This document shows, one piece after another, positions 44,866 through 54,389 of a stretch of DNA of 64,000 bases (its first letter is position 1; each line of letters begins with the position of its first letter). Location: positions 505-64,504 of the forward strand of contig JAAXGT010000180.1 of assembly GCA_012271205.1 (NCBI GenBank), read 5' to 3'. Made by a program: the position numbers and the translations under genes. This stretch comes from Rhodothermales bacterium. GTDB lineage: Bacteria; Bacteroidota; Rhodothermia; Rhodothermales; Bin80. Below the pieces are notes generated by a model. It ran no database searches and had not been told where the DNA came from. It was given only the letters and a program-made list of their open reading frames with translations.

Positions 44866-47800
44866 TTGATCAAACCGTCCCCAAGAACCGGGAGTTACCC
44901 GTTGGCTACTGAAGTACATATCTGCGAAGGGCAAGTCTTGACGGGTCCACTGTTTAGGGAGCCGATGCAGGTGGAAACGGTCCGCCCAAACGGGCAAGAT
45001 GTCTGGGTCCTGGGCCTCGTCGGTCAGCGCTCTGAGCAGTTCCGACGGGTCACGTTGACCTCGGAAGAGATCTCAACTCTGACCATTGTCGATTCTGCAC
45101 TTTCCTTTGATGGTGACGGGCGGCTTCTGCGGATCGGCTTGCAAGCTTATTCGCTCGGCATCGCCTACGAGTTCGATCCTTATTTCGGGCTTTCCATTTC
45201 GCGCGTGGATCCGCTGCCGCATCAACTCGAGGCAGTCTACGAACATCTGCTCAAACTTCCCAGCGTACGATTTTTGCTTGCCGACGATGCCGGGGCGGGC
45301 AAGACGATCATGGCTGGTCTGTTGGTGAGAGAACTCAAGCTTCGGGGCCTCATTGAGCGCGTTCTGATCGTCTGCCCCGCCAACCTTTCGTTTCAGTGGC
45401 AGCGCGAGCTTAAGGAGAAATTCGATGAGAAATTCCTGGTGCTGAAGGGCCGCGACATCCGTGACCAGTTCGGGGTCAACCAGTGGATGGAACAGAAACA
45501 GGTCATCACTTCGCTAGACTTGGCCAAGCGCACGGAGATCCTGCCCGGGTTGCGGCAAGTCCACTGGGATATCGTCATTGTGGATGAAGCGCACCGCATG
45601 TCGGCGCGTGACGAGACCCACAGAAGCCAGCGCTATCGTCTCGGGGAACTGTTGCGTGACAGTACGGATCACATGCTGCTACTTACTGCCACCCCCCACA
45701 AGGGCGATCCTCGGAATTTCACGTTGTTTCTGCAACTACTCGACCGGGACGCCTATGCTGACGTCAAATCGATCCGGGAGGCCATGGGTCGGGGGCGGGC
45801 GCCCTTCTATTTGCGGCGCACCAAGGAGGCCATGGTCTATTTCCCTGAGCGCCAGACCGATGGAAGTTGGACTGCAAAGCCCGTCTTCACAAAACGTATT
45901 CCACGCACCGCCAACTTCACCATTGATGGCTCTGAGTTTGAGCTCTACCACAAGATCACGCGCTTCGTGAAACGGCAGAGCGCCCGTGCCGCGGCCAAGG
46001 GCGATGACCGGCGGGCGCGGGCGGTCGGCTTTTTGATGTCGCTATATCAGCGTCGTCTCGCCTCAAGTACCTATGCGATGCGGCGGTCGCTCGAGAATCG
46101 GGCCAGGCGGTTGCAGGAGGGACTCAAGCGCGCCCAGGATCTGGTGCAGACGGCGCCGCCGGACTTGCCTGATTGGGAAGAACTCGAAGAGTTCGAGGAT
46201 GCTGAGCGGGAGCGCTTGGAGCAATTGCTGGAAGCCGTCACGCTGGCAGGAAACGCTGATCAGGTGCATGAAGAGGTTGCCGAGCTCTCGGAGTTGGCCC
46301 AAGAGGCCAAGGTTGTGGAAGAGTCGGACAGCGAGGCAAAGCTTGCACATCTTCGCAAGATCTTACACGAGGAGGGCTTCTTCGACCGTCCTGGCCAGCG
46401 CCTCTTGCTCTTCACCGAGTTCAGGGACACCCTCGACTACCTGATGGACCAGTTGAAAGCCTGGGGCTTCAACGTGGGCTGCATTCACGGCGGCATGAAG
46501 CCCGGCTCGCGGGACGAACCGGGGAGCCGGCTCTACACCGAGCAGCAGTTCCGCGACGGCGCCATCCAAGTGCTGGTAGCCACAGAAGCCGCTGGCGAAG
46601 GCATCAACCTTCAGTGCTGCCACATCCTCTTCAACTACGACATCCCTTGGAACCCAAACCGGCTGGAACAGCGCATGGGGCGTATCCACCGCTATGGACA
46701 ACGGCACGACTGCCTGATCTTCAATTTCGTGGCCACCAACACGATCGAGGGACGCGTGCTCCAGCGACTCCTGGACAAACTCCAGGAGATTCGCGACGCA
46801 CTTGATGACGATGCGGTGTTCAATGTCGTTGGCGAAGTGCTACCGTCCGTGCACATAGAGCGCGTGCTTCGGGACTATTACGCGGGCAGGCTGGGGGATG
46901 CCGATCTCGAGGAGCGACTCCTGAAAGATGTGGACGAAAAACACTTCCGGGCCATCTGTCAGACAGCGCTGGAAGGCTTGGCCACAAAGAAGCTCAACCT
47001 TGACCTGCTCATCAAACGGCGGGCCCGTGCACAGGAGCGACGCGTCATTCCCGAGACTATTGCACGATTTCTCAAGGAGGCTGCTCAGGATGCCGCCTTC
47101 TCCCTGAAACCGATAAGCAGTCCGGCGCATGCGTTTCAGCCGGGTCGAACGCCTTCAGGCCTGAAGAAATATGAACGCGAGACGGACTGGAAATTCGCGG
47201 AATTGGCCATTCAGTACCCGCGCCTGTCGATGGACCGCATTGTGGCAGAAAAGCACAATCTTGAATGGGTAAACCCGGGGCATCCGCTTTTCGAGGCACT
47301 GCGAAGACACGCGTTTGATGCTGGGCAAAATGCTTTTGCTAGGGGGGCCTGCTTTCATTCGCTGGTGCACGAGGCACCCGCGCGGTTCGACTTCTATCGG
47401 GCCCGCGTAGTAGACGGCCTTGGGCATGTCATCCACGAACGGCTGTTTGCCGTGGAGCTGTCACACGACGGACGGCATAGTCTTCGCGAGCCGAATGTAC
47501 TCGGCGATATGAGCCCTGCCACCGCCCCAGACGATCTGCCACCTGTGGCTGCCTTGCCAGAAGACACTGCTTGGCTCAATGAGAACGCCCTTATGCCTTT
47601 TATCAGCGAGGTGCGAGTGGAGCGCGTGGCCGAGATCGAGCGCATTAGCGAACACGTCGAGCTCTCGTTGACGGAAGTCCTGCAGCGGGTTGACGAGGAG
47701 ATCGGTCGCGCTGCCAATGAAGTGAATAGTAAGGTTACCGGCGCGGAAGGGCGTCTCGCACAGGCGGAACGTCGACATGGAGAGGTATTGGCGCGGCGTA

Positions 47801-48342
47801 TGCGCCGTCGCGAAGAACTTACGCGGCAACGGGCATTGACACTGCAGGGCGTCGAGCGGCTCACGAGTGCGCTTGTCTTGCCCCACCCCGAACGTGAGAC
47901 ACTGGATGTCCGGCGCCTGCGCCCGCACCCCGAAACTGAAATGACGGCTATGCAGGTAGTCATGGCATACGAGACCGCGCAAGGGTGCCAGGTCGATGAC
48001 GTTCACAAAAAGAACCTAGGGTATGACATAACCAGCCTTGATCTGAAATCAGGCGAGTTGCGCCTGATCGAGGTGAAGGGGCTGGCCGGCGCTACCGGAA
48101 GCGTTCTGCTTACGCCGAATGAACGGCGGGCTGCCGAGGATCGCCGTGACTGCTTCTGGCTCTATGTCGTAACCAATTGCGCAAGTGCCCCCGAACTCCA
48201 GGAACCCATCGAAGACCCGGCGCGCTTCCCGTGGCATAAGGTCACTAAGGTGCAACACTACTGGCTGAACATCAAGGCCCTGACACGTACGATGGACATC
48301 AGGGAAGGCACAGTCTCCTTTCGCGGAAAGGACAGGCCATGA
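44866..48342 (+). CDS. SNF2-family helicase with C-terminal DUF3883-like PD-(D/E)xK nuclease domain
   Basis: 'LPHQLEAV', 'LLADDAGAGKT' (motif I), 'VIVDEAHRM' (DEAH) and 'QRMGRIHRYGQ' (motif VI). C-terminus 'LGYDITSLD...LRLIEVKG' shows D...ExK spacing. Confidence 0.85.
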   Translation: MIKPSPRTGSYPLATEVHICEGQVLTGPLFREPMQVETVRPNGQDVWVLGLVGQRSEQFRRVTLTSEEISTLTIVDSALSFDGDGRLLRIGLQAYSLGIAYEFDPYFGLSISRVDPLPHQLEAVYEHLLKLPSVRFLLADDAGAGKTIMAGLLVRELKLRGLIERVLIVCPANLSFQWQRELKEKFDEKFLVLKGRDIRDQFGVNQWMEQKQVITSLDLAKRTEILPGLRQVHWDIVIVDEAHRMSARDETHRSQRYRLGELLRDSTDHMLLLTATPHKGDPRNFTLFLQLLDRDAYADVKSIREAMGRGRAPFYLRRTKEAMVYFPERQTDGSWTAKPVFTKRIPRTANFTIDGSEFELYHKITRFVKRQSARAAAKGDDRRARAVGFLMSLYQRRLASSTYAMRRSLENRARRLQEGLKRAQDLVQTAPPDLPDWEELEEFEDAERERLEQLLEAVTLAGNADQVHEEVAELSELAQEAKVVEESDSEAKLAHLRKILHEEGFFDRPGQRLLLFTEFRDTLDYLMDQLKAWGFNVGCIHGGMKPGSRDEPGSRLYTEQQFRDGAIQVLVATEAAGEGINLQCCHILFNYDIPWNPNRLEQRMGRIHRYGQRHDCLIFNFVATNTIEGRVLQRLLDKLQEIRDALDDDAVFNVVGEVLPSVHIERVLRDYYAGRLGDADLEERLLKDVDEKHFRAICQTALEGLATKKLNLDLLIKRRARAQERRVIPETIARFLKEAAQDAAFSLKPISSPAHAFQPGRTPSGLKKYERETDWKFAELAIQYPRLSMDRIVAEKHNLEWVNPGHPLFEALRRHAFDAGQNAFARGACFHSLVHEAPARFDFYRARVVDGLGHVIHERLFAVELSHDGRHSLREPNVLGDMSPATAPDDLPPVAALPEDTAWLNENALMPFISEVRVERVAEIERISEHVELSLTEVLQRVDEEIGRAANEVNSKVTGAEGRLAQAERRHGEVLARRMRRREELTRQRALTLQGVERLTSALVLPHPERETLDVRRLRPHPETEMTAMQVVMAYETAQGCQVDDVHKKNLGYDITSLDLKSGELRLIEVKGLAGATGSVLLTPNERRAAEDRRDCFWLYVVTNCASAPELQEPIEDPARFPWHKVTKVQHYWLNIKALTRTMDIREGTVSFRGKDRP

Positions 48343-49523
48343 CAAAGTCTACCGCGAGGTCGGCATCGCTTGACGAGCAGTGCCCATCGGTTTTTGACGA
48401 TGTGGGTGGTAACGTCGATGTCGCCCGACGATACGCCGCCCATTCCGTGAATGCCGTCATGACCGCTGTTTACTGGCTGATCGGCCGGCACATCGTCGAA
48501 TTCGAGCGGGCGGGCAAAGAGTGGGCTAAGTACCGGGCAGCGCTCATTGAAAAGCTGGCGGCTGATTTGACAAAGCGGTTTGGTCACGGATTCTCTCGCC
48601 AGAATATTTGGCAGATGCGTCTTTTCTACCAGACGTATCCGCCTGGGCGAATTCTCCAGACACTGTCTGGAGAATCGGGACTGATTACCACGAGCCTAAC
48701 TCCGAAGGAAGTATTGGAAGAATCCTCTTTGGCCAGGATCGCCTCACGCTTTCCGCTGTCGTGGTCCGCCTATGTGCGCCTGCTTTCAGTCAAAAACTCG
48801 CATGCCCAGATGTTCTACGAGACTGAAACGCTGCGCGGAGGTTGGTCGGTGCGCCAACTCGACCGGCAGATAAACGCCCAGTTCTACGAACGCCCCGCGC
48901 TCTCGAAGGACAAGGCCGCCATGCTAACTAAGGGCCAAAAACTGCGGCCCGACTATGCCATCCTTCCCGAAGAGGCAATCAAGGATCCGTATGTCCTCGA
49001 ATTTCTGGACCTCAAAGATGAATACGCCGAGAGTGATCTCGAAGAAGCGTTGATCCGGCATCTGGAGGCCTTCCTTCTTGAACTTGGTGGAGACTTCTGC
49101 TTCATGGGCAGGCAGCGGCGTCTACGTATCGGCGATGCATGGTATCGAGTGGATCTACTGTTCTTTCACCGGCGGCTTCGATGTCTCGTTGCCATTGACT
49201 TGAAACTAGGAAAGTTCACCCATGCCGATGCCGGACAGATGCACCTTTATCTCGATTATGCGCGCGAGCACTGGGTCCACGAGGGCGAGAATCCGCCTGT
49301 GGGATTGATTTTGTGTGCCCAGAAGGACGAAGCTATTGCGCGATATGCGCTCGAAGGACTGCCCAACAAAGTAATGGCGGCCGAATACCGAACCACTTTG
49401 CCGGACGAGGCACTCCTCGCCTCTGAAATCGACCGCACTCGGAAAGCACTGGATGCGCGCGGTTTATTGCTTGGGGATAAGGCGAAGCCGCAGCGCGCCA
49501 ACGGCAGCAAGATAGGCCTGTAA
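48339..49523 (+). CDS. YhcG/DUF1016 family PD-(D/E)xK nuclease
   Basis: 'AVYWLIGRHIVEFE...', 'FSRQNIWQMRLFY', 'FLLELGGDFCFMGRQRRLRIGDAWYRVDLLFFHRRLRCLVAIDLKLGKF'. ATGA overlap with the helicase stop. Confidence 0.8.
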   Translation: MTKSTARSASLDEQCPSVFDDVGGNVDVARRYAAHSVNAVMTAVYWLIGRHIVEFERAGKEWAKYRAALIEKLAADLTKRFGHGFSRQNIWQMRLFYQTYPPGRILQTLSGESGLITTSLTPKEVLEESSLARIASRFPLSWSAYVRLLSVKNSHAQMFYETETLRGGWSVRQLDRQINAQFYERPALSKDKAAMLTKGQKLRPDYAILPEEAIKDPYVLEFLDLKDEYAESDLEEALIRHLEAFLLELGGDFCFMGRQRRLRIGDAWYRVDLLFFHRRLRCLVAIDLKLGKFTHADAGQMHLYLDYAREHWVHEGENPPVGLILCAQKDEAIARYALEGLPNKVMAAEYRTTLPDEALLASEIDRTRKALDARGLLLGDKAKPQRANGSKIGL

Positions 49524-49530
49524 GCGTTAT

Positions 49531-52512
49531 ATGATTCCCAAGGAGTGCAAGCGACTCGCCGAGGTAGATTTCCCCATTGCGGAGGTCTCAAAGCACGCGG
49601 CGCGGGAGAAGTCGATCCGGCATGGCCATCCCTCCACGTTGCATCTGTGGTGGGCTCGACGCCCATTGGCATCCTCCCGGGCAGTATTGATGGCGCTACT
49701 ACTGCCGGATCCTTGCGATCCCTATTGCCCGGAGGTATTCAAAGAGGAGGCACGGCGGATTCTTCTGGACATGGACGGACACCCTCGAAGGTGGGCGGAA
49801 ACTATTAAGTCGGACGCGGGACTTCGGCAGATCATCCTGAATTTCATCGCTGATTTCGCCAATTGGGACTTTGCTGCAAACCGCATCTATCTGGATACAG
49901 GTCGCGCACTGGTGAAGGTTGCACATGGTGAGGAGGCGCCCTTGGTTGTGGATCCGTTTGCCGGTGGCGGATCGATCCCACTGGAAGCGCTGCGGCTCGG
50001 CTGCGATGCATTCGCCAGTGATCTCAATCCGGTAGCATGCCTGATCCTGAAGGTGATGCTGGAGGACATTCCGCGTCACGGGCTAGGATTGGCGGAAGAT
50101 CTGCGCAAGGTCGGTGCCGAAATCAAGCGGCAAGCCGAGCAGGAATTAGCCGATTTGTACCCGGAAGATCCCGATGGTTCAACGCCGATTGTCTACCTGT
50201 GGGCACGCACGGTGCGCTGCGAAGCGCCCAACTGTGGAGCGGAGATCCCGCTCATGCGCTCTTTCTGGCTGTGCAAGAAGGTGAAACGAAAATGGGCGCT
50301 GCGACACCGGGTGGAGCGGCCCAGTGGCTCGGCTCCGCATGTCGAGTTCGAAGTGTTCGAGCCAAAAACAGAAAATGAAGTGCATGGCGGTACCGTAACG
50401 CGTGCGAAGGCCACCTGCATGTGTTGCTTGACCGTGCTGCCTCCTGAACGGGTGCGGGCACAGCTCGTGGCGCAGAAGGGCGGTGCAGACGTTGTTTTCG
50501 ATGACCGAGGCCGCCGGACAGGTGGGGCACGCATGACGGCAGTGGTAACGCTGCGACCTAGGCAGAAGGGCCGGCATTACCGGCTGTCGACTGATGCGGA
50601 CTACGCGGCGGTGCACAAGGCCCAGGCGAGGGTGGCGAGAATCCTTGGTGAGTGGGAGCGTGGCGGGAGACAGGGACTCTGCCCGGTGCCCGATGAGCCG
50701 ACGCCTGCCGGAGGAGGCTCTGGCGCTGGTCGTGCGTTCAGCGTCCAGCGCTACGGCATGCTTCAGTGGGGCGATCTGTTCACGGCAAGACAGAAGGTGG
50801 CGCTGGTGACCATTGCGAACTCAATTAGGAAGGCACATCATCCAGATACTGTACGTGCCCTATTGGCATGTGGTTTAAGTGTGTTTGCTAGAGCTTGTAA
50901 CGGCAACGCAAGGCTAAGACCGGACTCGTCTGTTGCCCCAGCCTTTGGAATGCATACTTTGCCAATAACGTGGTCATTTCCAGAAACCATTATATCTGGC
51001 GGACGCTCGGAACATTTCGACGGGGCACTGTCGAATGTGATTCGCATTATCGAGAAGTGGCCACCGTTTTCTAATGGGCAAGTTCAGCTCGCCGATGCCA
51101 CCCATCATCCGCTTCCAGACCAGGCCGCTGGCATCTGGTTTACCGATCCACCGTACTACGATGCGATCCCGTATGCAGATCTCTCCGACTTCTTCCTAGT
51201 TTGGCTCAAGCGTGTACTGCCCGACCAATCATTGCTGCGCGACCCGTTCGATCCGGACAATCCACTTTCGCCTAAAGCGGCCGAGATCGTGCAAGACGAA
51301 ACCAAGCAAGCCGATGGCCGGCTTAAGGGTCGCCAGTGGTTCGAGGAGAGCATGGCCAAGACCTTTGCCGAAGGCCGGCGCGTGCTGCAGGAGGACAGCG
51401 TGGGTTCCGTCGTCTTCGCACACAAGACCACCGAGGGCTGGGAAGCGCTGCTCTCGGGCATGATTCGTGGCGGTTGGACCATTACAGGGTCGTGGCCAAT
51501 TGCGACTGAAATGAGTTCGCGCTTGCGTGCCCGCGATTCTGCTGCGCTTGCCACCAGCGTTCATCTCATCTGTCGCCCGCGACCACAGGACGCCCCTGTC
51601 GGCGACTGGGCAGATGTGCTGCGTGAACTGCCCAAGCGTGTCCGTAACTGGATGGAGCGCCTTCAAGGTGAAGGCATTCGAGGCGCTGACCTGGTCTTTG
51701 CATGTGTTGGTCCCGCGCTTGAGATTTTCAGCCGCTACCGCGCAGTGGAGACCGCAGAGGGTCGCGAAGTTAACTTGACAGAGTATTTGGAGAAGGTCTG
51801 GGAAGTCGTGGGTCGCACGGCACTCGAACAGGTCCTTAGTACCGCCGAATCGTCCGTACGCAACGACGTGACAGGCGCACTAGAGGAAGACGCCCGCCTG
51901 ACCGCTTTATTTCTCTGGACACTTCAGAGCACGGAAACGTCCCACAGCGACGACAACCAGAATCAGGAGAATGGGGAACTCCCTTCCAAAAAGGCCATCA
52001 AGGGATTCAGCCTCCCATTCGATGTTGTGCGCCGTTTCGCTCAACCCATGGGCATTGATCTGAACGCCTGGACCGGTCGCATCATCGCACAGCAAAAAGG
52101 TGTGGTGCGCCTGCTGCCGGTCATGGAACGGGCCAACGATCTTTTTGGTGAAGGTGGTGCGAGTGCCGCTGCGGACTGGGTTGAGACTGATCTGGATAGA
52201 AACATTCAGGGAACACTCTTTCCTGAATTCGATGCTGCTCCATCGATAAGAAAACGTCGACGCGGCCGAAAGAGTATCATTAAGGACGGTGCGGAACTTC
52301 AGGCAATCGATGCCACGGTGCTGGATCGGGTGCATGCCGCTATGCTTCTTCAGGCCAATGGTCATGCTAATGCGCTGCGAACCTTGGTCAGTGCCGAACT
52401 GGATCGCGGCCCAGAGTTTCTGCGACTGGCCAACGCGTTGTCGGCGCTGTATTTACGTGGCAGCCAAGAAAAGCGACTCCTAGACGCTATGCTCTTGGTT
52501 TGTCCACGGTAA
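49531..52512 (+). CDS. DUF1156 Zn-ribbon DNA methyltransferase (N6-adenine type by motif)
   Basis: 'DFPIAEVSKHAAREKSIRHGHPSTLHLWWARRP' (DUF1156); 'VVDPFAGGGSIPLEA' (motif I, aa ~139); 'CEAPNC...CMCC' ribbon; 'FTDPPYYD' (motif IV, aa 539). Confidence 0.85.
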   Translation: MIPKECKRLAEVDFPIAEVSKHAAREKSIRHGHPSTLHLWWARRPLASSRAVLMALLLPDPCDPYCPEVFKEEARRILLDMDGHPRRWAETIKSDAGLRQIILNFIADFANWDFAANRIYLDTGRALVKVAHGEEAPLVVDPFAGGGSIPLEALRLGCDAFASDLNPVACLILKVMLEDIPRHGLGLAEDLRKVGAEIKRQAEQELADLYPEDPDGSTPIVYLWARTVRCEAPNCGAEIPLMRSFWLCKKVKRKWALRHRVERPSGSAPHVEFEVFEPKTENEVHGGTVTRAKATCMCCLTVLPPERVRAQLVAQKGGADVVFDDRGRRTGGARMTAVVTLRPRQKGRHYRLSTDADYAAVHKAQARVARILGEWERGGRQGLCPVPDEPTPAGGGSGAGRAFSVQRYGMLQWGDLFTARQKVALVTIANSIRKAHHPDTVRALLACGLSVFARACNGNARLRPDSSVAPAFGMHTLPITWSFPETIISGGRSEHFDGALSNVIRIIEKWPPFSNGQVQLADATHHPLPDQAAGIWFTDPPYYDAIPYADLSDFFLVWLKRVLPDQSLLRDPFDPDNPLSPKAAEIVQDETKQADGRLKGRQWFEESMAKTFAEGRRVLQEDSVGSVVFAHKTTEGWEALLSGMIRGGWTITGSWPIATEMSSRLRARDSAALATSVHLICRPRPQDAPVGDWADVLRELPKRVRNWMERLQGEGIRGADLVFACVGPALEIFSRYRAVETAEGREVNLTEYLEKVWEVVGRTALEQVLSTAESSVRNDVTGALEEDARLTALFLWTLQSTETSHSDDNQNQENGELPSKKAIKGFSLPFDVVRRFAQPMGIDLNAWTGRIIAQQKGVVRLLPVMERANDLFGEGGASAAADWVETDLDRNIQGTLFPEFDAAPSIRKRRRGRKSIIKDGAELQAIDATVLDRVHAAMLLQANGHANALRTLVSAELDRGPEFLRLANALSALYLRGSQEKRLLDAMLLVCPR

Positions 52513-52517
52513 CAAGT

Positions 52518-53855
52518 ATGATCCCAATGAATCAGATAGCACTGGAGAATTACCGCTGTTTCCACGAGCGGCAGGTCGCCCACCTGGCACCGCTGACCCT
52601 GCTCGTCGGCGAGAACAGCACCGGTAAGACCTCCTTCTTGGCCATGATACGGGCGTTGTGGGACATAGTCTACCGCCGTCGTAAACCCAACTTCAAGGAA
52701 GAGCCCTACGATTTGGGAAGTTTCGATGAGATAGCCCACCATCGAGGTTCCCGGGGTAGCCGCGCTGACAGGTTTGAAGCAGAACTCAGTTTTGATCAGG
52801 TCTATCAAGCTAATATCACTTTTAAAAGGCAAGGAGCGATGCCAGATCCAGTACGAAGGCGTCTTGCCCACGGGAAGATTTGGATCGAAGATGCATTTGA
52901 GGCAGATCAATCCCACATGATTCGTCGCGTTGGAACTGACAGAGGGACTTGGGAGTGGCGAATTATGGAAGAGTTGGAAGATCCCGTGTTCTATATTGGT
53001 GGTCCGGAGCAGATATGGCCGGCAGATTTCCAAGAATTCTCACGCCTCCGTAACGCTCAAGAGAGCCGCGAGCACTTCAGATCGTTGTCAGGCTCTCCTG
53101 CCTTTAACAGCCAAGATGCGAGTTCGATATTACAACTCTTGTTTTCTCGTAGGCTGAGTGGCCAAGATCGGCCTTTCGCGAGTGCGCCAGTTCGATCCAA
53201 ACCGCGCCGCACGTACGATCCAGCTCGCTCCACACCAGATCCGGAAGGCGACTATGTTCCCATGTATCTTGCCAATTTGTTCATCCAGGACGAAGGAAAG
53301 TGGGCAAGACTCAGGGAAAAGCTGCAGAGATTTGGGAAAAACGCTGGACTCTTTGATGAAATCTCTATAAAACGGTTGGGGAAAAAGATGGGTGGACCTT
53401 TTCAGGTCCAAGTTAGGAAATTCGGAAGCAGCCTGAAGGGCCCCCAGCGCAACCTGATTGACGTGGGGTACGGCGTCAGTCAAGTGTTGCCGGTTATTAC
53501 CGAGCTTCTGCGTCCAAATGCACCCAACATGTTCCTTCTACAGCAACCGGAAGTGCACCTCCATCCCAGTGCCCAAGCCGCTCTGGGAAGTCTGTTCTGT
53601 GAGATCGCTGGACCGAGCCGACAATTGGTAATCGAGACCCACAGCGATTACCTGATGAACCGGGTTCGTATGGACGTTTGTGACCGCAAGACGGAATTGA
53701 AACCCGATGATGTCTCCATTTTGTTCTTTGAGCGAAGGGATTTGGATGTTCATATCCATTCACTCCGGCTGGACGAGGAGGGAAACGTGCGAAACGCGCC
53801 CGAGTGTTACCGCAGGTTCTTCATGGAAGAGACGCAGAGATCTTTGGGACTCTGA
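52518..53855 (+). CDS. ABC/SMC-like AAA ATPase (AAA_21/DUF3696-like), embedded module gene 1
   Basis: Walker A 'GENSTGKTS', signature-like 'DVGYGVSQVLPV', Walker B/D-loop 'MFLLQQPEVHLHP' and H-loop 'IETHSD'. ATG 52518 lies 5 nt after the methylase stop; the ORF-track TTG 52500 overlaps it. Confidence 0.75.
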   Translation: MIPMNQIALENYRCFHERQVAHLAPLTLLVGENSTGKTSFLAMIRALWDIVYRRRKPNFKEEPYDLGSFDEIAHHRGSRGSRADRFEAELSFDQVYQANITFKRQGAMPDPVRRRLAHGKIWIEDAFEADQSHMIRRVGTDRGTWEWRIMEELEDPVFYIGGPEQIWPADFQEFSRLRNAQESREHFRSLSGSPAFNSQDASSILQLLFSRRLSGQDRPFASAPVRSKPRRTYDPARSTPDPEGDYVPMYLANLFIQDEGKWARLREKLQRFGKNAGLFDEISIKRLGKKMGGPFQVQVRKFGSSLKGPQRNLIDVGYGVSQVLPVITELLRPNAPNMFLLQQPEVHLHPSAQAALGSLFCEIAGPSRQLVIETHSDYLMNRVRMDVCDRKTELKPDDVSILFFERRDLDVHIHSLRLDEEGNVRNAPECYRRFFMEETQRSLGL

Positions 53856-53858
53856 GAA

Positions 53859-54326
53859 ATGTGTGCTATTCTTGATGCAAATGTTATCCACGAGGTGTTT
53901 GGAAGCAATCGTTCCCCGGCTGGCGAGCAGTTCTTCCATTGGATTAACACTGGGAACGGGCGCTTGGTAGTTAGTGACAAACTGCTGGAAGAACTTGACA
54001 CCGCTTCTAAAGGCTTCAGGGAATGGGCAGCGCAGGCTCTAATTGCTGGAAGGATGAGAAAGTCAAGGGCGGACCAAGTCAGTGAAAAGGCAGAAGAACT
54101 TCGGCAGGCAGCTCTATGCAAGTCAAATGATCTTCACATTATTGCCCTTGCCCAAATCAGTGGTGCCCGTCTGTTGTATTCCAACGACAGAAAATTACAG
54201 GACGATTTCGGGAAAAAGGCTCTGATCGATAGGCCGCGAGGGAAGGTTTATAGCGCTAGCATAAGCAAAGACTATAAACGCAGGAAACTGCTGGCAAATA
54301 GAGATTTATGCCGGGAGAGGCGATGA
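53859..54326 (+). CDS. PIN-like domain protein, embedded module gene 2
   Basis: 155 aa. Acidic residues in 'AILDANV', 'LLEELD', 'SNDLHIIALAQ' and 'LYSNDRKL' are spaced as in PIN nucleases. Starts 3 nt after the ATPase stop. Confidence 0.5.
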   Translation: MCAILDANVIHEVFGSNRSPAGEQFFHWINTGNGRLVVSDKLLEELDTASKGFREWAAQALIAGRMRKSRADQVSEKAEELRQAALCKSNDLHIIALAQISGARLLYSNDRKLQDDFGKKALIDRPRGKVYSASISKDYKRRKLLANRDLCRERR

Positions 54327-54389
54327 TTGCGGCTATATGCAGTAAAGACTGGTGCAGGCCATCATCAATAATTCTATTAGGGAAATAGG

